Positions 42,024 to 52,815 of a stretch of 64,000 bases of DNA are shown piece by piece. The position numbers and the translations under genes are program-made. Source of the stretch: Tolypothrix carrinoi HA7290-LM1 (GTDB lineage: Bacteria > Cyanobacteriota > Cyanobacteriia > Cyanobacteriales > Nostocaceae). The number at the start of each line of letters is the position of its first letter. Position 1 is the first letter of the stretch. The stretch covers positions 1-64,000 of the forward strand of contig JAHHIK010000018.1 of assembly GCA_019358935.1 (NCBI GenBank). Direction: 5' to 3'. The notes under the pieces were generated by a model, which made no database searches, was not told the DNA's origin, and worked only from the letters and a program-made list of their open reading frames with translations.

Positions 42024-42244
42024 TTTATTGACAATACCTTCGCCAAAATCCTACACCCTGGAAGGGTGCAGCTATACGAACAAAGGCTGCCTCCGCAGCC
42101 TATAAAGATTTCAGCCCACGAAGGTGGGCTTTGTTCGTATAGCCCCAGGCTTATAGCCTGTGGGCATTTTTTTAATGCTGCTGGTGTTATACGCAACGCT
42201 ATTGAATTTTGATATTAAAAGCTTGATAATAGCCTCAGCCGCCC

Positions 42245-45200
42245 ATGAGCAACAATCCGACTGTGAAGAAAATCTTAATTTTGGCAGCGAATCCTAAAAA
42301 TACAGTCCGCTTGCGGCTAGATCAAGAGGTGCGCGATATTAAGAACGGATTGCAGCTTGCCAAACAACGGGACAATTTTATCTTACAGCAAGAGGGGGCG
42401 GTACGTCCGGAAGATATTCGCCGTGCGGTGTTAGATTTTCATCCAAATATCATTCATTTTTCTGGACATGGTTCGGAAACTGAGGGATTATCGTTTGAGG
42501 ATGAAGTCGGTAAGGAAAAGTTTGTCACGGGAGAAGCGCTGGGGGGATTTTTTCAGCTTTTTGCTAACCATGTAGAGTGTGTGCTGCTAAATGCTTGCTA
42601 TTCCGAAGTCCAAGCTAATGCGATCGCTCAACATATTGATTATGTCATTGGGATGAATCAGGCGATCGCTGATAAAGCTGCACTGCAATTTTCCGTTGGC
42701 TTTTACGATGCTTTAGCACGTTACGACCCGCAGTATGATGGAGATTCGCCGATAGAGTTTGCTTTCAATGTTGCTTGCAGTTCGATTTCACTGGCTGGGG
42801 TTGGGAGCGCATCTATCCCAGTGCTGATAAAGAATCCTAACCCAAGGAAGAGAAATGAAAGAGGCGATAATCAGCTTCTCGGTCAACTCATCGGTGACGT
42901 ACCAAATTTACCACCGCACTTTTTACCCCGTGAGGAACAACTCAACCCGCTGAAACAGAAGGTGTTAGCAGATACTAATCAACCTGTGGCTATCACTGCT
43001 AAAAGTTGCCATGTCGGTGTGCAAGGCATGGGCGGAATTGGCAAAACTGTACTAGCTACAGCATTAGCGCGGGATGAAGAAGTCAGACGAGCGTTTCCTG
43101 ATGGGGTGATTTGGATAACATTCGGACAAACGCCGCAAATTTTAACTTTGCAATCGGATGTAGTGGAAGCGCTGGGGGATAAGCAAGCATCGTTTACCGA
43201 GATTAATTCGGGAAAAACGCAGTTGCGAAAGTTGTTGACGGATAAAGCTTGTTTGCTGATTTTGGATGATGTCTGGAATTTAAACGACGCAAGCGCGTTT
43301 GACGTGTTAGAAAAACCTTGCCAGATGTTAATTACTACCCGTGATGCGGGGATAATTACAGCGTTGGGAGGTGAAGAATATCAGCTTTCAATTTTAAGTG
43401 AACAACAGGCTTTAGCTTTGTTGGCAGATTGGGCAAATCAACCTTTAGAGACGTTACCAGCAACAGCACTAGACGTAACGCGAGAATGTGGGTATTTACC
43501 ATTAGCATTGTCAATGGTGGGAGCGATGATGCGGGGGAAACCGACAAATCGCTGGCAGAATGTGTTAGAAAAGCTGCGTAGTGCAGACTTAGACAAGATT
43601 CGTCAACAGTTTCCAGATTATCCTTATCCCGATTTACTCAAGGCAATTCAGGTAAGTGTGGAAGCGCTGAAACCAGAAGAGAGAGAAAGATATTTAGATT
43701 TTGCAGTCTTTGCTGAAGATACACCGATTCCGGAAGCAGTTTTACAGACTTTTTGGGAACCGTTGGGGTTAGATGAGTTTGACACCCAAGATGTAATTGA
43801 TAACTTGGTGAGTAAGTCTCTCGCATCGCGGGATGAAAAGGGAAATTTGAGTTTGCATGACTTGCAGCTTGATTATGTCAGAAAACAGACCTCTCCCCCA
43901 GCCCCTCCCCTGCGTTCGCGCAGCGTCTCGGAGAGAGGGGAGGGGAGTCTTCCCCCCTTCCCTCCTAGGGAAGGGGGTTGGGGGGTTAGGTCTGCTTCAC
44001 AATCGCCTATTAGACGCTTACACTGAAAAATACCCCGATAGCTGGCATAGCTTAGACAATGACGGCTACATCTTCCAAAATTTAGCACATCATTTAATCA
44101 AAGCAGGACGCCCAACTGAGTTACAACAGTTATTATTTGACTTTCGCTGGTTGCAAGCCAAGTTAGAGAACAGCAACATAAATGAATTAATCGCAGATTA
44201 TAATTTATTACCTGAAGATGCGAATTTGCAACTGCTGCGACGGACATTATCACTGTCAGGACATGTTCTTGCTAAAGATAAAACACAGCTAGCAGGGCAA
44301 TTATGCGGACGTTTGCAGTGTTTCGCAACGTCGGAGATTCAAGAATTGTTGCAACAAGCAAAGCAGAATAAAATCACTTGGTTGCGTCCCCTGACAGCTA
44401 GCTTAACTACCCCAGATGGAAACTTAATCAGAACCATAACTGGTCATAGTTCCTATGTTAATGCGATCGCTTTTTCACCTGATGGCAAATACCTGGTTTC
44501 TGGTTCAGTTGATTCCACACTCAAAGTCTGGGATTGGCAAAGTGGGGTTGAAGTGCGTACCATACCGGGTCATAGTTACCCGGTTAATGCGATCGCTTTT
44601 TCACCTGATGGCAAATACCTGGTTTCTGGTTCATCTGACAAGACACTCAAAGTCTGGGATTGGCAAACTGGGGTTGAAGTGCTTACCATAAGTGGTCATA
44701 GTGACTGGGTTAATGCGATCGCTTTTTCACCTGATGGCAAATATGTCATTTCTGGTTCATCTGACTCCACACTCAAAGTCTGGGAGTGGCAAACAGGAGT
44801 TGAAGTGCGTACCATACCGGGTCATACTTCCTGGGTTAATGCGATCGCTTTATCACCTGATGGCAAATACCTGGTTTCTGGTTCAGATGATACCACACTC
44901 AAAGTCTGGGATTGGCAAACTGGGGTTGAAGTGCTTACCATACCGGGTCATACTTCCAGTGTTTATGCGATCGCTTTATCACCTGATGGCAAATACCTGG
45001 TTTCTGGTTCAGATGATACCACACTCAAAGTCTGGGATTGGCAAACTGGGGTTGAAGTGCTTACCATACCGGGTCATACTTCCAGTGTTTATGCGATCGC
45101 TTTTTCACCTGATGGCAAATACCTGGTTTCTGGTTCAGGTGACGACACACTCAAAGTCTGGGATTGGCAAACTGGGGTTGAAGTGTGTACCATACCGGGT

Positions 45201-46184
45201 CATACTTCCAGTGTTAATGCGATCGGTTTTTCACCTGATGGCAAATACGTAATTTCTGGTTCCCGTGACTTGACACTCAAAGTCTGGAATTGGCAAACTG
45301 GGGTTGAAGTGCGTACCATACCGGGTCATAGTCGCTCGGTTAATGCGATCGCTTTTTCACCTGATGGCAAATACGTAATTTCTGGTTCCCGTGACTTGAC
45401 ACTCAAAGTCTGGGATTGGCAAACTGGGGTTGGAGTGCTTATTATAAGTGGTCATAGTGACTGGGTTAATGCGATCGCTTTTTCACCTGATGGCAAATAC
45501 CTGGTTTCTGGTTCAGATGATACCACACTCAAAGTCTGGAATTGGCAAACTGGGGTTGAAGTGCGTACCATACCAGGTCATAGTCGCTCGGTTAATGCGA
45601 TCGCTTTTTCACCTGATGGCAAATACCTGGTTTCTGGTTCATCTGACTCCACGGTGAAAGTTTGGGATTGGCAAACTGGGGTTGAAGTGCATACCATAAG
45701 TGGTCATAGTGACTGGGTTAATGCGATCGCTTTTTCACCTGATGGCAAATACCTGGTTTCTGGTTCAGATGACTTGATACTCAAAGTCTGGAATTGGCAA
45801 ACTGGGGTTGAAGTGCGTACCATAAGTGGTCATAGTTACTCGGTTAATGCGATCGCTTTTTCACCTGATGGCAAATACCTGGTTTCTGGTTGCCGTGACT
45901 CCACGGTGAAAGTCTGGAATTGGCAAACTGGGATTGAAGTGCGTACCTTACAGTGTCATACTGACTCGGTTAATGCGATTGCTTTTTCACCTAATGGCAA
46001 ATACGTCATTTCTAGTTCTCTTGACAACACGGTGAAAGTCTGGAATTGGCAAACTGCGGGAGTAATTGCCACTTTCACAGGTGACAGTGCAATATTGTGC
46101 TGTGCGATCGCACCCGATCGCCTGACAATTGTCGCGGGGGAAAAATCAGGACGAGTGCATTTTTTGCAATTAGAGGGGGTGTGA
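42245..46184 (+). CDS. CHAT (caspase-like)-NB-ARC-helical-WD40 STAND/NLR-like protein, frameshifted near 43950-43990 (ORFs 42245-44026 and 43857-46184)
   Basis: CHAT HFSGHG and LNACYS; Walker A GMGGIGKT, Walker B LLILDDVW, LITTR, GYLPLAL and LHD; Apaf-1-like helical region (LAHHL...FRWLQAKL); 13 full plus 1 degenerate WD40 repeats. Confidence 0.85.
43889..43991. repeat. 103-bp G/C-rich palindromic dispersed repeat inserted in the STAND gene
   Basis: ACCT...AGGT ends, two hairpins, C6/G5/G6 tracts; length is 3n+1. Confidence 0.75.
44440..46080 (+). repeat. Thirteen near-identical 126-bp WD40-coding repeats
   Basis: TCACCTGATGGCAAATA...AAAGTCTGG..TTGGCAAACTGGGGTTGAAGTG recurs every 126 nt. 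Confidence 0.95.
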
Positions 46185-46195
46185 TGAAGTACAAT

Positions 46196-47329
46196 CTAAA
46201 TCAGACGATTTTTTGAGCGATAAAAGGGACGTTTCACCACAACTGCGGGGTAAGCTTTGCCGCGAATTTCTACTTCTAGCTGCTGACCAACACTTGCTAG
46301 CTCAGTGGGAACGTAACCAAGGGAGATGGGATAACCAAGTGTAGGTGATAAAGTTCCACTGGTAACTTCCCCCACTACTTTACCTTCAGATAATATTTGA
46401 TAGCCGTGACGAGCAATATTACGTCCTTGCATCTGCAAACCGATCAACCGACGTTGCACCCCATCAGCTTTCTGCTCTTCTAAAATTGAACGTCCGATAA
46501 AATCACCTTTGCGATCGAGATGAACCAGCCAACCCAAACCCGCTTCTAAAGGTGTGGTGTTTTCATCGATATCTTGTCCATAAAGTGCCATTGCCGCTTC
46601 TAGTCGCAAAGTGTCTCTCGCACCAAGTCCACAAGGAATGACACCAGCTTGAATCAGATTTTGCCACAACTCCACCCCCACATCTGGATCTACCATCACC
46701 TCAAATCCATCTTCCCCGGTGTAACCTGTGCGGGCAAGAAATGCCGATTTCCCGAATATAGTTGCATCCAAATGACCAAATGCTTTGACTGTAGTTAATG
46801 CTGACACAAATTGCTGAAGAATGCTGCTTGCTTTTGGTCCTTGGACGGCAATTAAGACTTTTTCTGCTGACAAGTCTTGAAATTTCACCTCTTCAGCGTC
46901 CAGGTTTTGCAATAACCATGCTTTGTCTTTGCCTGTGGTTGCGGCATTGACTATAATTACAGCTTTTTGTGTCTTTGTTGTGCTGTCTTCACCTTGATAA
47001 TATACAATGATGTCGTCAATAATTCCCGCTCTTTCATTTAACAAGACGGTGTATTGCGCTTGACCTGGTTGCAAGCGACTCAAATCTGAGGGAACTAAAC
47101 GCTGAAGGTGTGAAATTACGCTTTTACCTTCTAAAGTAAACTTACCCATGTGGGAAATATCAAACATTCCCGCTGCATTTCTCACCGCTTCATGTTCCCG
47201 GCTAATACCAGTAAATTGTACAGGCATTTCCCAACCGCCAAAGCTGGTTAATCTTGCTTTCAGTTCGACAGCAAGTTGATATAAAGGAGTTTGTGCCAGG
47301 GTAACGATAATTTCTTCTTGATTAGCCAC
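46196..47329 (-). CDS. gcvT: Glycine cleavage system T protein (aminomethyltransferase)
   Basis: FGGWEMP, FDISHMG, RTGYTGEDGFE and GLGARDTLRLEA motifs. Confidence 0.97.
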   Translation of the reverse strand: MANQEEIIVTLAQTPLYQLAVELKARLTSFGGWEMPVQFTGISREHEAVRNAAGMFDISHMGKFTLEGKSVISHLQRLVPSDLSRLQPGQAQYTVLLNERAGIIDDIIVYYQGEDSTTKTQKAVIIVNAATTGKDKAWLLQNLDAEEVKFQDLSAEKVLIAVQGPKASSILQQFVSALTTVKAFGHLDATIFGKSAFLARTGYTGEDGFEVMVDPDVGVELWQNLIQAGVIPCGLGARDTLRLEAAMALYGQDIDENTTPLEAGLGWLVHLDRKGDFIGRSILEEQKADGVQRRLIGLQMQGRNIARHGYQILSEGKVVGEVTSGTLSPTLGYPISLGYVPTELASVGQQLEVEIRGKAYPAVVVKRPFYRSKNRLI

Positions 47330-47493
47330 AGGTATTTATTGCGATCGCACGTCTATTTTAATATACCCTCACCCTAGAAGGAGCTGGCTCTACGGACGAA
47401 GCCCACCTGCGTGGGCTAAGAGGGCGATCGCACGTCAGCTTAGTCCGCGTAGGCGGACTTTGTTTGTGTAGCCGCGACTTCCAGTCGTCAGTT

Positions 47494-47790
47494 ATATCTT
47501 AATTTTGAGGAAGAATTCACTGTTTTAGAAGAAATCGAACTTTTAACAGTAGATATCCGAGGTTATGCCAGTCAAATTAAAACACAGGGTTGGATTGAAA
47601 ATGAACAACAAGCAATTAATCAATTAAAAGATATGCGACTTTTAGATGTTCCGGCGATCGCTCAATTTTACTTAACAACTAAAAGAGAATACAGACGAAT
47701 CAAAGCTTATATGCAAATGCTAGATTACTTACGCTTGCTGATTATTGAATATTTGCAACTCAATCAACACTCCCAACCAGAATCAGTTTA
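47494..47790 (+). pseudogene. 5'-truncated hypothetical gene (about 98 open codons, no start)
   Basis: Open reading NFEEEFTVLEEIELLTVDIRGYASQIK...LDYLRLLIIEYL...SV*; the upstream part is replaced by a REP-like element. Confidence 0.5.
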
Positions 47791-47940
47791 ACTTAAAAAC
47801 AATATTCAAAACCACCATAAATAACAACAAACAAAATCCCTTGATAAAAAAATTCCCACCAACACCATAATAGGCATTGATGGGGACGTAGAATTTTCTA
47901 ATTGTAGTAAACGCGAAGAGCGTTTCTCAACTACTTAGAC

Positions 47941-48399
47941 TTAGTGCCCAGCGCCCATTTCCATTACAATACTACGCATGAAGTCAACGCGCTTTTCAAA
48001 ATCCAAGCCTTTGATGGTATCGACAAACTGCTTGGTATTTTCAGGCGGTTGATAATCAGATGGCATTGGTATAATAACGCCTTCTTCCATACCTTGAGAC
48101 AGTCGCAGCCAAACATCGATTTTAGCGCTAGAAGCCAAAGCATTATATGCACGGCTAATATCACTATCTGCACCACTAGCAATGTCACGCATAGCTTGTA
48201 GTTGTTGCTGATGATCCATTGCTTTAATGGCGTCATATTCAGCAGCAGCAGTTTCTTGAGCAGAAGTCTGGTTTGCTGGTATTAGTTTTTCCTTAATATC
48301 TAAGTAGCCAAACCACAACACGCCGAGCTGAGTATCTACATCAAAGCCGCGAAACTGTTCTACAGCTTGTTTGGTCTTGTCATCAGTTGCAAAAGTCAT
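47941..48399 (-). CDS. Helical carotenoid protein (OCP N-terminal domain homologue, HCP)
   Basis: D.QL..LW..Y, QLQAMRD, SRAY..L...K...W..L...M....IP.P..Y and MG end. Confidence 0.88.
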   Translation of the reverse strand: MTFATDDKTKQAVEQFRGFDVDTQLGVLWFGYLDIKEKLIPANQTSAQETAAAEYDAIKAMDHQQQLQAMRDIASGADSDISRAYNALASSAKIDVWLRLSQGMEEGVIIPMPSDYQPPENTKQFVDTIKGLDFEKRVDFMRSIVMEMGAGH

Positions 48400-48806
48400 A
48401 CAAATAAATCTCCGATTGCTTAAACATTAACCCAGTAACTAAAATTACTAAGCTAAATAAATGCACATTACTTACAGAATCTTATAAATCATGGTTTATT
48501 CATTAACCCTGCTGTAGACATATATAGTTGTCACAGCTTTTGACAGATGTAAATAATATATCTTTGATTAAAAAGAATTCAGAATTACAGTCATTTTTAA
48601 ATGTATAGACCACAGTAATGTGAAAACTGCTGTAAATAAACTACCGATATGAGTTCAAAAGTAAAGCTGCATTGAAGTATTTTACGTATTTATACGCAAA
48701 TAAATACATATTTGATGAATTTTTGACAAAGTTGTTTCAGTTGTGACAGGCGATCGCTATATTTTTAGTTAAGCTGTAAGCGCCAAACTATGATATGAAG
48801 TAAATT

Positions 48807-49634
48807 ATGCACTGGTTGTTATCTGGACCGTTGAGTGTAGAGAAATTGACGGTTAAGATTGCTGGTTTACCCACATCATTACAAAACTTAAAGCTGGTGC
48901 AGATGTCAGATTTTCACTATGATGGTTTGCGGTTGAGTGAAAATATGTTAGATAAAGCGATCGCTCTCAGCAACGAAGCCGAACCAGATTTAGTATTATT
49001 AACCGGCGACTACATCACCACCACCCCAGCACCGATTCACCAACTAGTGCTAAGACTCAAACATTTACAAAGTCGTGCCGGAATATATGCTATACTAGGA
49101 AACCACGATATATGTTATCGCAACTCCAAAGCAGAAGTCACAGCCGCCCTCACAAGTATCGGAATTAACGTATTGTGGAATGAAATCGCCTATCCGTTAG
49201 GAAAAGAATTACCAATAGTAGGATTAAGCGATCGCTACTCACGGGAATTTAATCCTGCACTAGTTATGAACCAACTAGATCCGGCGACACCTTGCATTGT
49301 ATTATCCCACAATCCAGACACAGCCGAGATATTGCAACAATGGCGAGTAGATTTGCAACTATCAGGTCATACTCACGGCGGTCAAATAATGATTCCGAAA
49401 ATGGGTCCCGCGCTGCTTTATCATCGCAAAATCCTGCGAAAAATACCAATGAAAATACGGCGACGAGTTCCATGTTTGCGAAGAGAATACTCAGTAGTCC
49501 GCCATTGGGAATGGGCGCAAGGATTGCATCAAGTCGGAAAAAATCAATTATACGTCAATCGCGGCTTAGGAACTTATTTCCCAGGACGTTTATTTTGCCC
49601 CCCAGAAGTGACAGTAATTACCTTAGAGGGTTAG
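48807..49634 (+). CDS. Calcineurin-like metallophosphoesterase (copy 1)
   Basis: SDFH, TGD, GNHD, SHNPD and GHTHGG motifs. Confidence 0.92.
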   Translation: MHWLLSGPLSVEKLTVKIAGLPTSLQNLKLVQMSDFHYDGLRLSENMLDKAIALSNEAEPDLVLLTGDYITTTPAPIHQLVLRLKHLQSRAGIYAILGNHDICYRNSKAEVTAALTSIGINVLWNEIAYPLGKELPIVGLSDRYSREFNPALVMNQLDPATPCIVLSHNPDTAEILQQWRVDLQLSGHTHGGQIMIPKMGPALLYHRKILRKIPMKIRRRVPCLRREYSVVRHWEWAQGLHQVGKNQLYVNRGLGTYFPGRLFCPPEVTVITLEG

Positions 49635-49868
49635 TGGATAGTGGGGCATGGGGCATCGGGCATGGGGGAGGCAGTGCGGTCTTGGTGTCGGACCTGCGTG
49701 GAGCATCTGCCGTCATGGGGCATGGGGACTGGAAAAAGAATTATTACCCATTGCCCAATGCCCATTGCCCAATGCCCATTACCCACTAACAACTAACCAA
49801 CAACTATCAACTAACAATTTAAATTTTGGTAAGCTATAAGCGCTAGTATGAGGAGAATCTCTGGCGCT

Positions 49869-50699
49869 ATGCATTGGTTGTTAACAGGACCTTTAAGTAT
49901 AGATAACCTGACGATAAAGATAGCGGAACTTCCAACATCTTTACAAGGCACAAAACTAGTGCAATTGTCAGATTTTCACTACGATGGTTTGCGGTTAAGT
50001 GAAGAAATGTTAGAAAAAGCGATCGCCTTTAGCAACGAAGCCGAACCGGATTTAGTTGTATTAACCGGCGACTTCGTAACCGACGATCCTACCCCAATTC
50101 ATCAACTAGTACATCGACTCAAACATCTGCAAAGTCGCTGTGGTATTTACGCCGTACTAGGCAACCACGATATACATTACAACAAATCCAAAACAGAAAT
50201 TACCACCGCCTTAAATAGCATCGGGATTCATGTTCTTTGGAATGAAATTGCCTATCCCCTAGGAAAAGAATTACCAATAGTAGGACTAGCCGATTATTGG
50301 TCAAGAGAATTTAATCCCGCACCAGTGATGAATCAAATAGATCCTGCAACACCCCGCATCGTTTTATCGCATAATCCAGATACAGCCAAGATATTGCAAC
50401 AATGGCGAGTAGACTTGCAACTATCAGGTCATACCCACGGTGGTCACATCGTCATTCCTGGCATTGGTCCGGTGATAGTTTATTATAAAAAGCTTCTAAA
50501 AATACTTCCCAAAAAACTGCGGCGTTGGGTGCCCATTTTGCGCGGAGACTGTTCTAAAGTAGTGCGATATTGGGAATGGGCGCAAGGTTTTCATCATGTA
50601 GGAGAAAATCAATTATACGTCAATCGCGGCTTAGGAACTTATTTCCCCGGACGCTTATTTTGTCCACCAGAAGTTACTGTAATTACGTTAATTAGTTAG
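49869..50699 (+). CDS. Calcineurin-like metallophosphoesterase (copy 2, tandem paralogue)
   Basis: Same motifs; highly similar to copy 1. Confidence 0.92.
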   Translation: MHWLLTGPLSIDNLTIKIAELPTSLQGTKLVQLSDFHYDGLRLSEEMLEKAIAFSNEAEPDLVVLTGDFVTDDPTPIHQLVHRLKHLQSRCGIYAVLGNHDIHYNKSKTEITTALNSIGIHVLWNEIAYPLGKELPIVGLADYWSREFNPAPVMNQIDPATPRIVLSHNPDTAKILQQWRVDLQLSGHTHGGHIVIPGIGPVIVYYKKLLKILPKKLRRWVPILRGDCSKVVRYWEWAQGFHHVGENQLYVNRGLGTYFPGRLFCPPEVTVITLIS

Positions 50700-50900
50700 T
50701 TGATAGTTGATAGTTGATAGTTGTGAGTTGATAGTTGTGAGTTGATAGTTGTGAGTTGATAGTTGTGAGTTGATAGTTGATAGTTGATAGTTGTTAATTA
50801 TTTATTCTTTGCCACTATCCACTATCTACTAACCACGCTCCCACTATCCACGCTTCCACCATCCACTATCCACGCTTCCACCATCCACTATCCACTAACT
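50695..50900. repeat. STRR heptamer arrays (TAGTTGA/TAGTTGT; CACTATC)
   Basis: Visible tandem units. Confidence 0.85.
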
Positions 50901-50911
50901 ATGATAGACTA

Positions 50912-50958
50912 AACCGCCCAAAGCTACGATGGATACATATCAGCAGCTTGGGCGGTTT
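50912..50958. terminator. Hairpin AAACCGCCCAA...TTGGGCGGTTT
   Basis: Inverted repeat between convergent transcription units. Confidence 0.55.
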
Positions 50959-51380
50959 ATAATTGATTTAATAGATTGAGAAGAGTAAAGAATCAGAGGT
51001 AACTAACTCGACTAATGTGGACAACACTCGCAATACGTGATACTCAACAATTGTGCATCCTTGATTCCAACTAGGCAGGCATTTTTGGCTGTGCGTTCAA
51101 AAACCTCCAAAACGACTTTACATGAACTTAAGGCTAAAACACGTTCTTAGGATACGACAATCGAGCAGTTATTGCGAGGACATTAGAGCAGGAGGCACAG
51201 GCTCTAATCTGAAGTTTTTGGTTGAAGGTTTGACTTCTCTGTACCTGTTTATAAGTTAGCATTACTCCTCTCAAGCGCAACAGTCATATTACCAAAGTTG
51301 ATTACCATTAACTTATCGCAACAATTGCGAAATCTTTCTTAAGATTTGGGCAACGTGGTTTCCTCAAAAGTAACGGAGTA

Positions 51381-52307
51381 TTAGCCATGACAGAATGGTT
51401 CACAAGGCAATAGCGTAATAGTTTTATCTCCACTGCCACTAGCAAGCGTCTTACCATCAGGACTAAAGGCAACGGAATACACGGCTTCTTGTGCTGTAAA
51501 AGTATAGATTTCCTTGCCCGTATCCACCTGCCATAGCTTGATAGTCTTATCTTTACTACCACTAGCTAAAATCTTGCCATTTGGACTGAAAGCCACAGAA
51601 CAAACATCATCAGAATGTCCAGTTAGGGTGCAGATTTCCTTGCCTGTATCCACCTGCCATAGTTTGACTGTTTTATCTTTACTACCACTGGCTAAAATCT
51701 TGCCGTTTGGACTGAAGGCAATGGAATTTATCCCCCCAAACCAGTCAGCATGACCTTTGAGGGTTAAAACTTTTTGTTTAGCCAGATGCCAAATGTTGAT
51801 GGTTTTGTCATTACCAGCACCACCACTGGCTAAAATCTTTCCATCCGGACTGAAAGCAACGCATAAAACGTCATCTGAATGCACCTTTAGGGTGTATATT
51901 TCTTTTTCTGTGTCTAATGACCAAAGTTTGACTGTTTTATCTTTACTACCACTAGCTAAAGTCTTTCCATCTGGACTAAAGGCAACACAGCAAACATTTT
52001 CTTCATGTCCATTGAAGGTGCAAATTTCTTTTGCGGTAAGCACATCCCACAATTTAACAGTTTTATCATCACTAGCACTAGCTAATTTCTTGCTATCGGG
52101 GCTAAAAGCTACTGAATTAATGCCCCCAGACCAAGAGGATTCTCCGTGTCCTTTGAGAGTTTCGGGTTCCTTTCTCGCTAAGTGCCAAATTTTTATGGTT
52201 TTATCTTTACTGCCACTAGCTAATATTTGCCCATCAGCGCTGAAGGCAACGGACATAACCTTTTCTGAATGCCCTTTGAGAGTACGTACAAGTATTAAGT
52301 ATTGCAT
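51381..52307 (-). CDS. Stand-alone seven-bladed WD40 protein
   Basis: GH...V.SVAFSPDGK.LASGS.DKT.KLW, seven times. Confidence 0.9.
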   Translation of the reverse strand: MQYLILVRTLKGHSEKVMSVAFSADGQILASGSKDKTIKIWHLARKEPETLKGHGESSWSGGINSVAFSPDSKKLASASDDKTVKLWDVLTAKEICTFNGHEENVCCVAFSPDGKTLASGSKDKTVKLWSLDTEKEIYTLKVHSDDVLCVAFSPDGKILASGGAGNDKTINIWHLAKQKVLTLKGHADWFGGINSIAFSPNGKILASGSKDKTVKLWQVDTGKEICTLTGHSDDVCSVAFSPNGKILASGSKDKTIKLWQVDTGKEIYTFTAQEAVYSVAFSPDGKTLASGSGDKTITLLPCEPFCHG

Positions 52308-52815
52308 AAATATAAGCCACAAATTTACTTAATATTTAGTATTCCCAAGTACTAGTAACATGTAACTGTCTTCATCTAGTTAAAGAATTTTGACTTTATG
52401 GCGATCGCTTTCGGTTTCAAGGCATATTATGGCAGTGCAAGCGATGATTGATATGCATAAAAGCGTAAGCGCGATTAAGGCTTTCATGCTTAGGCGAAAG
52501 CTAAGTAAATGCCATCAAGAGTGCAGTTAACATCAGCTACGACAAGCCAAGGGCGTATATTCTTGTGAGAATTTTCCTGACACCCCTCTATAGGCTTACT
52601 TTTTAAAATAACAAAGAGGCGTTTTGACAAGCGTATACAGCAACTGCTATCCCATTAGAAAGATGCGGTTATCACTGCAATAGTTTTAGACTATTTTGTG
52701 AAAATTCATTCCAAATGAATACCTAAAAAAAGGATGAACTAGAAAAAATTTTCTAGTTCATCCTTTTACCTTTAGTAGCTCAGTCTTCTCCTATCAACAT
52801 TTAAGGAAAGATGTC

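Noticed and set aside
44455..45657. Alternative-frame ORFs in the WD40 array, and a DGR template/variable repeat pair
   Set aside because: The ORFs arise from repeat periodicity; there is no reverse transcriptase and the differences are not adenine-specific
52380..52487. 35-aa hydrophobic minus-strand ORF (MKALIALTLLC...)
   Set aside because: No RBS or recognisable family; may be chance
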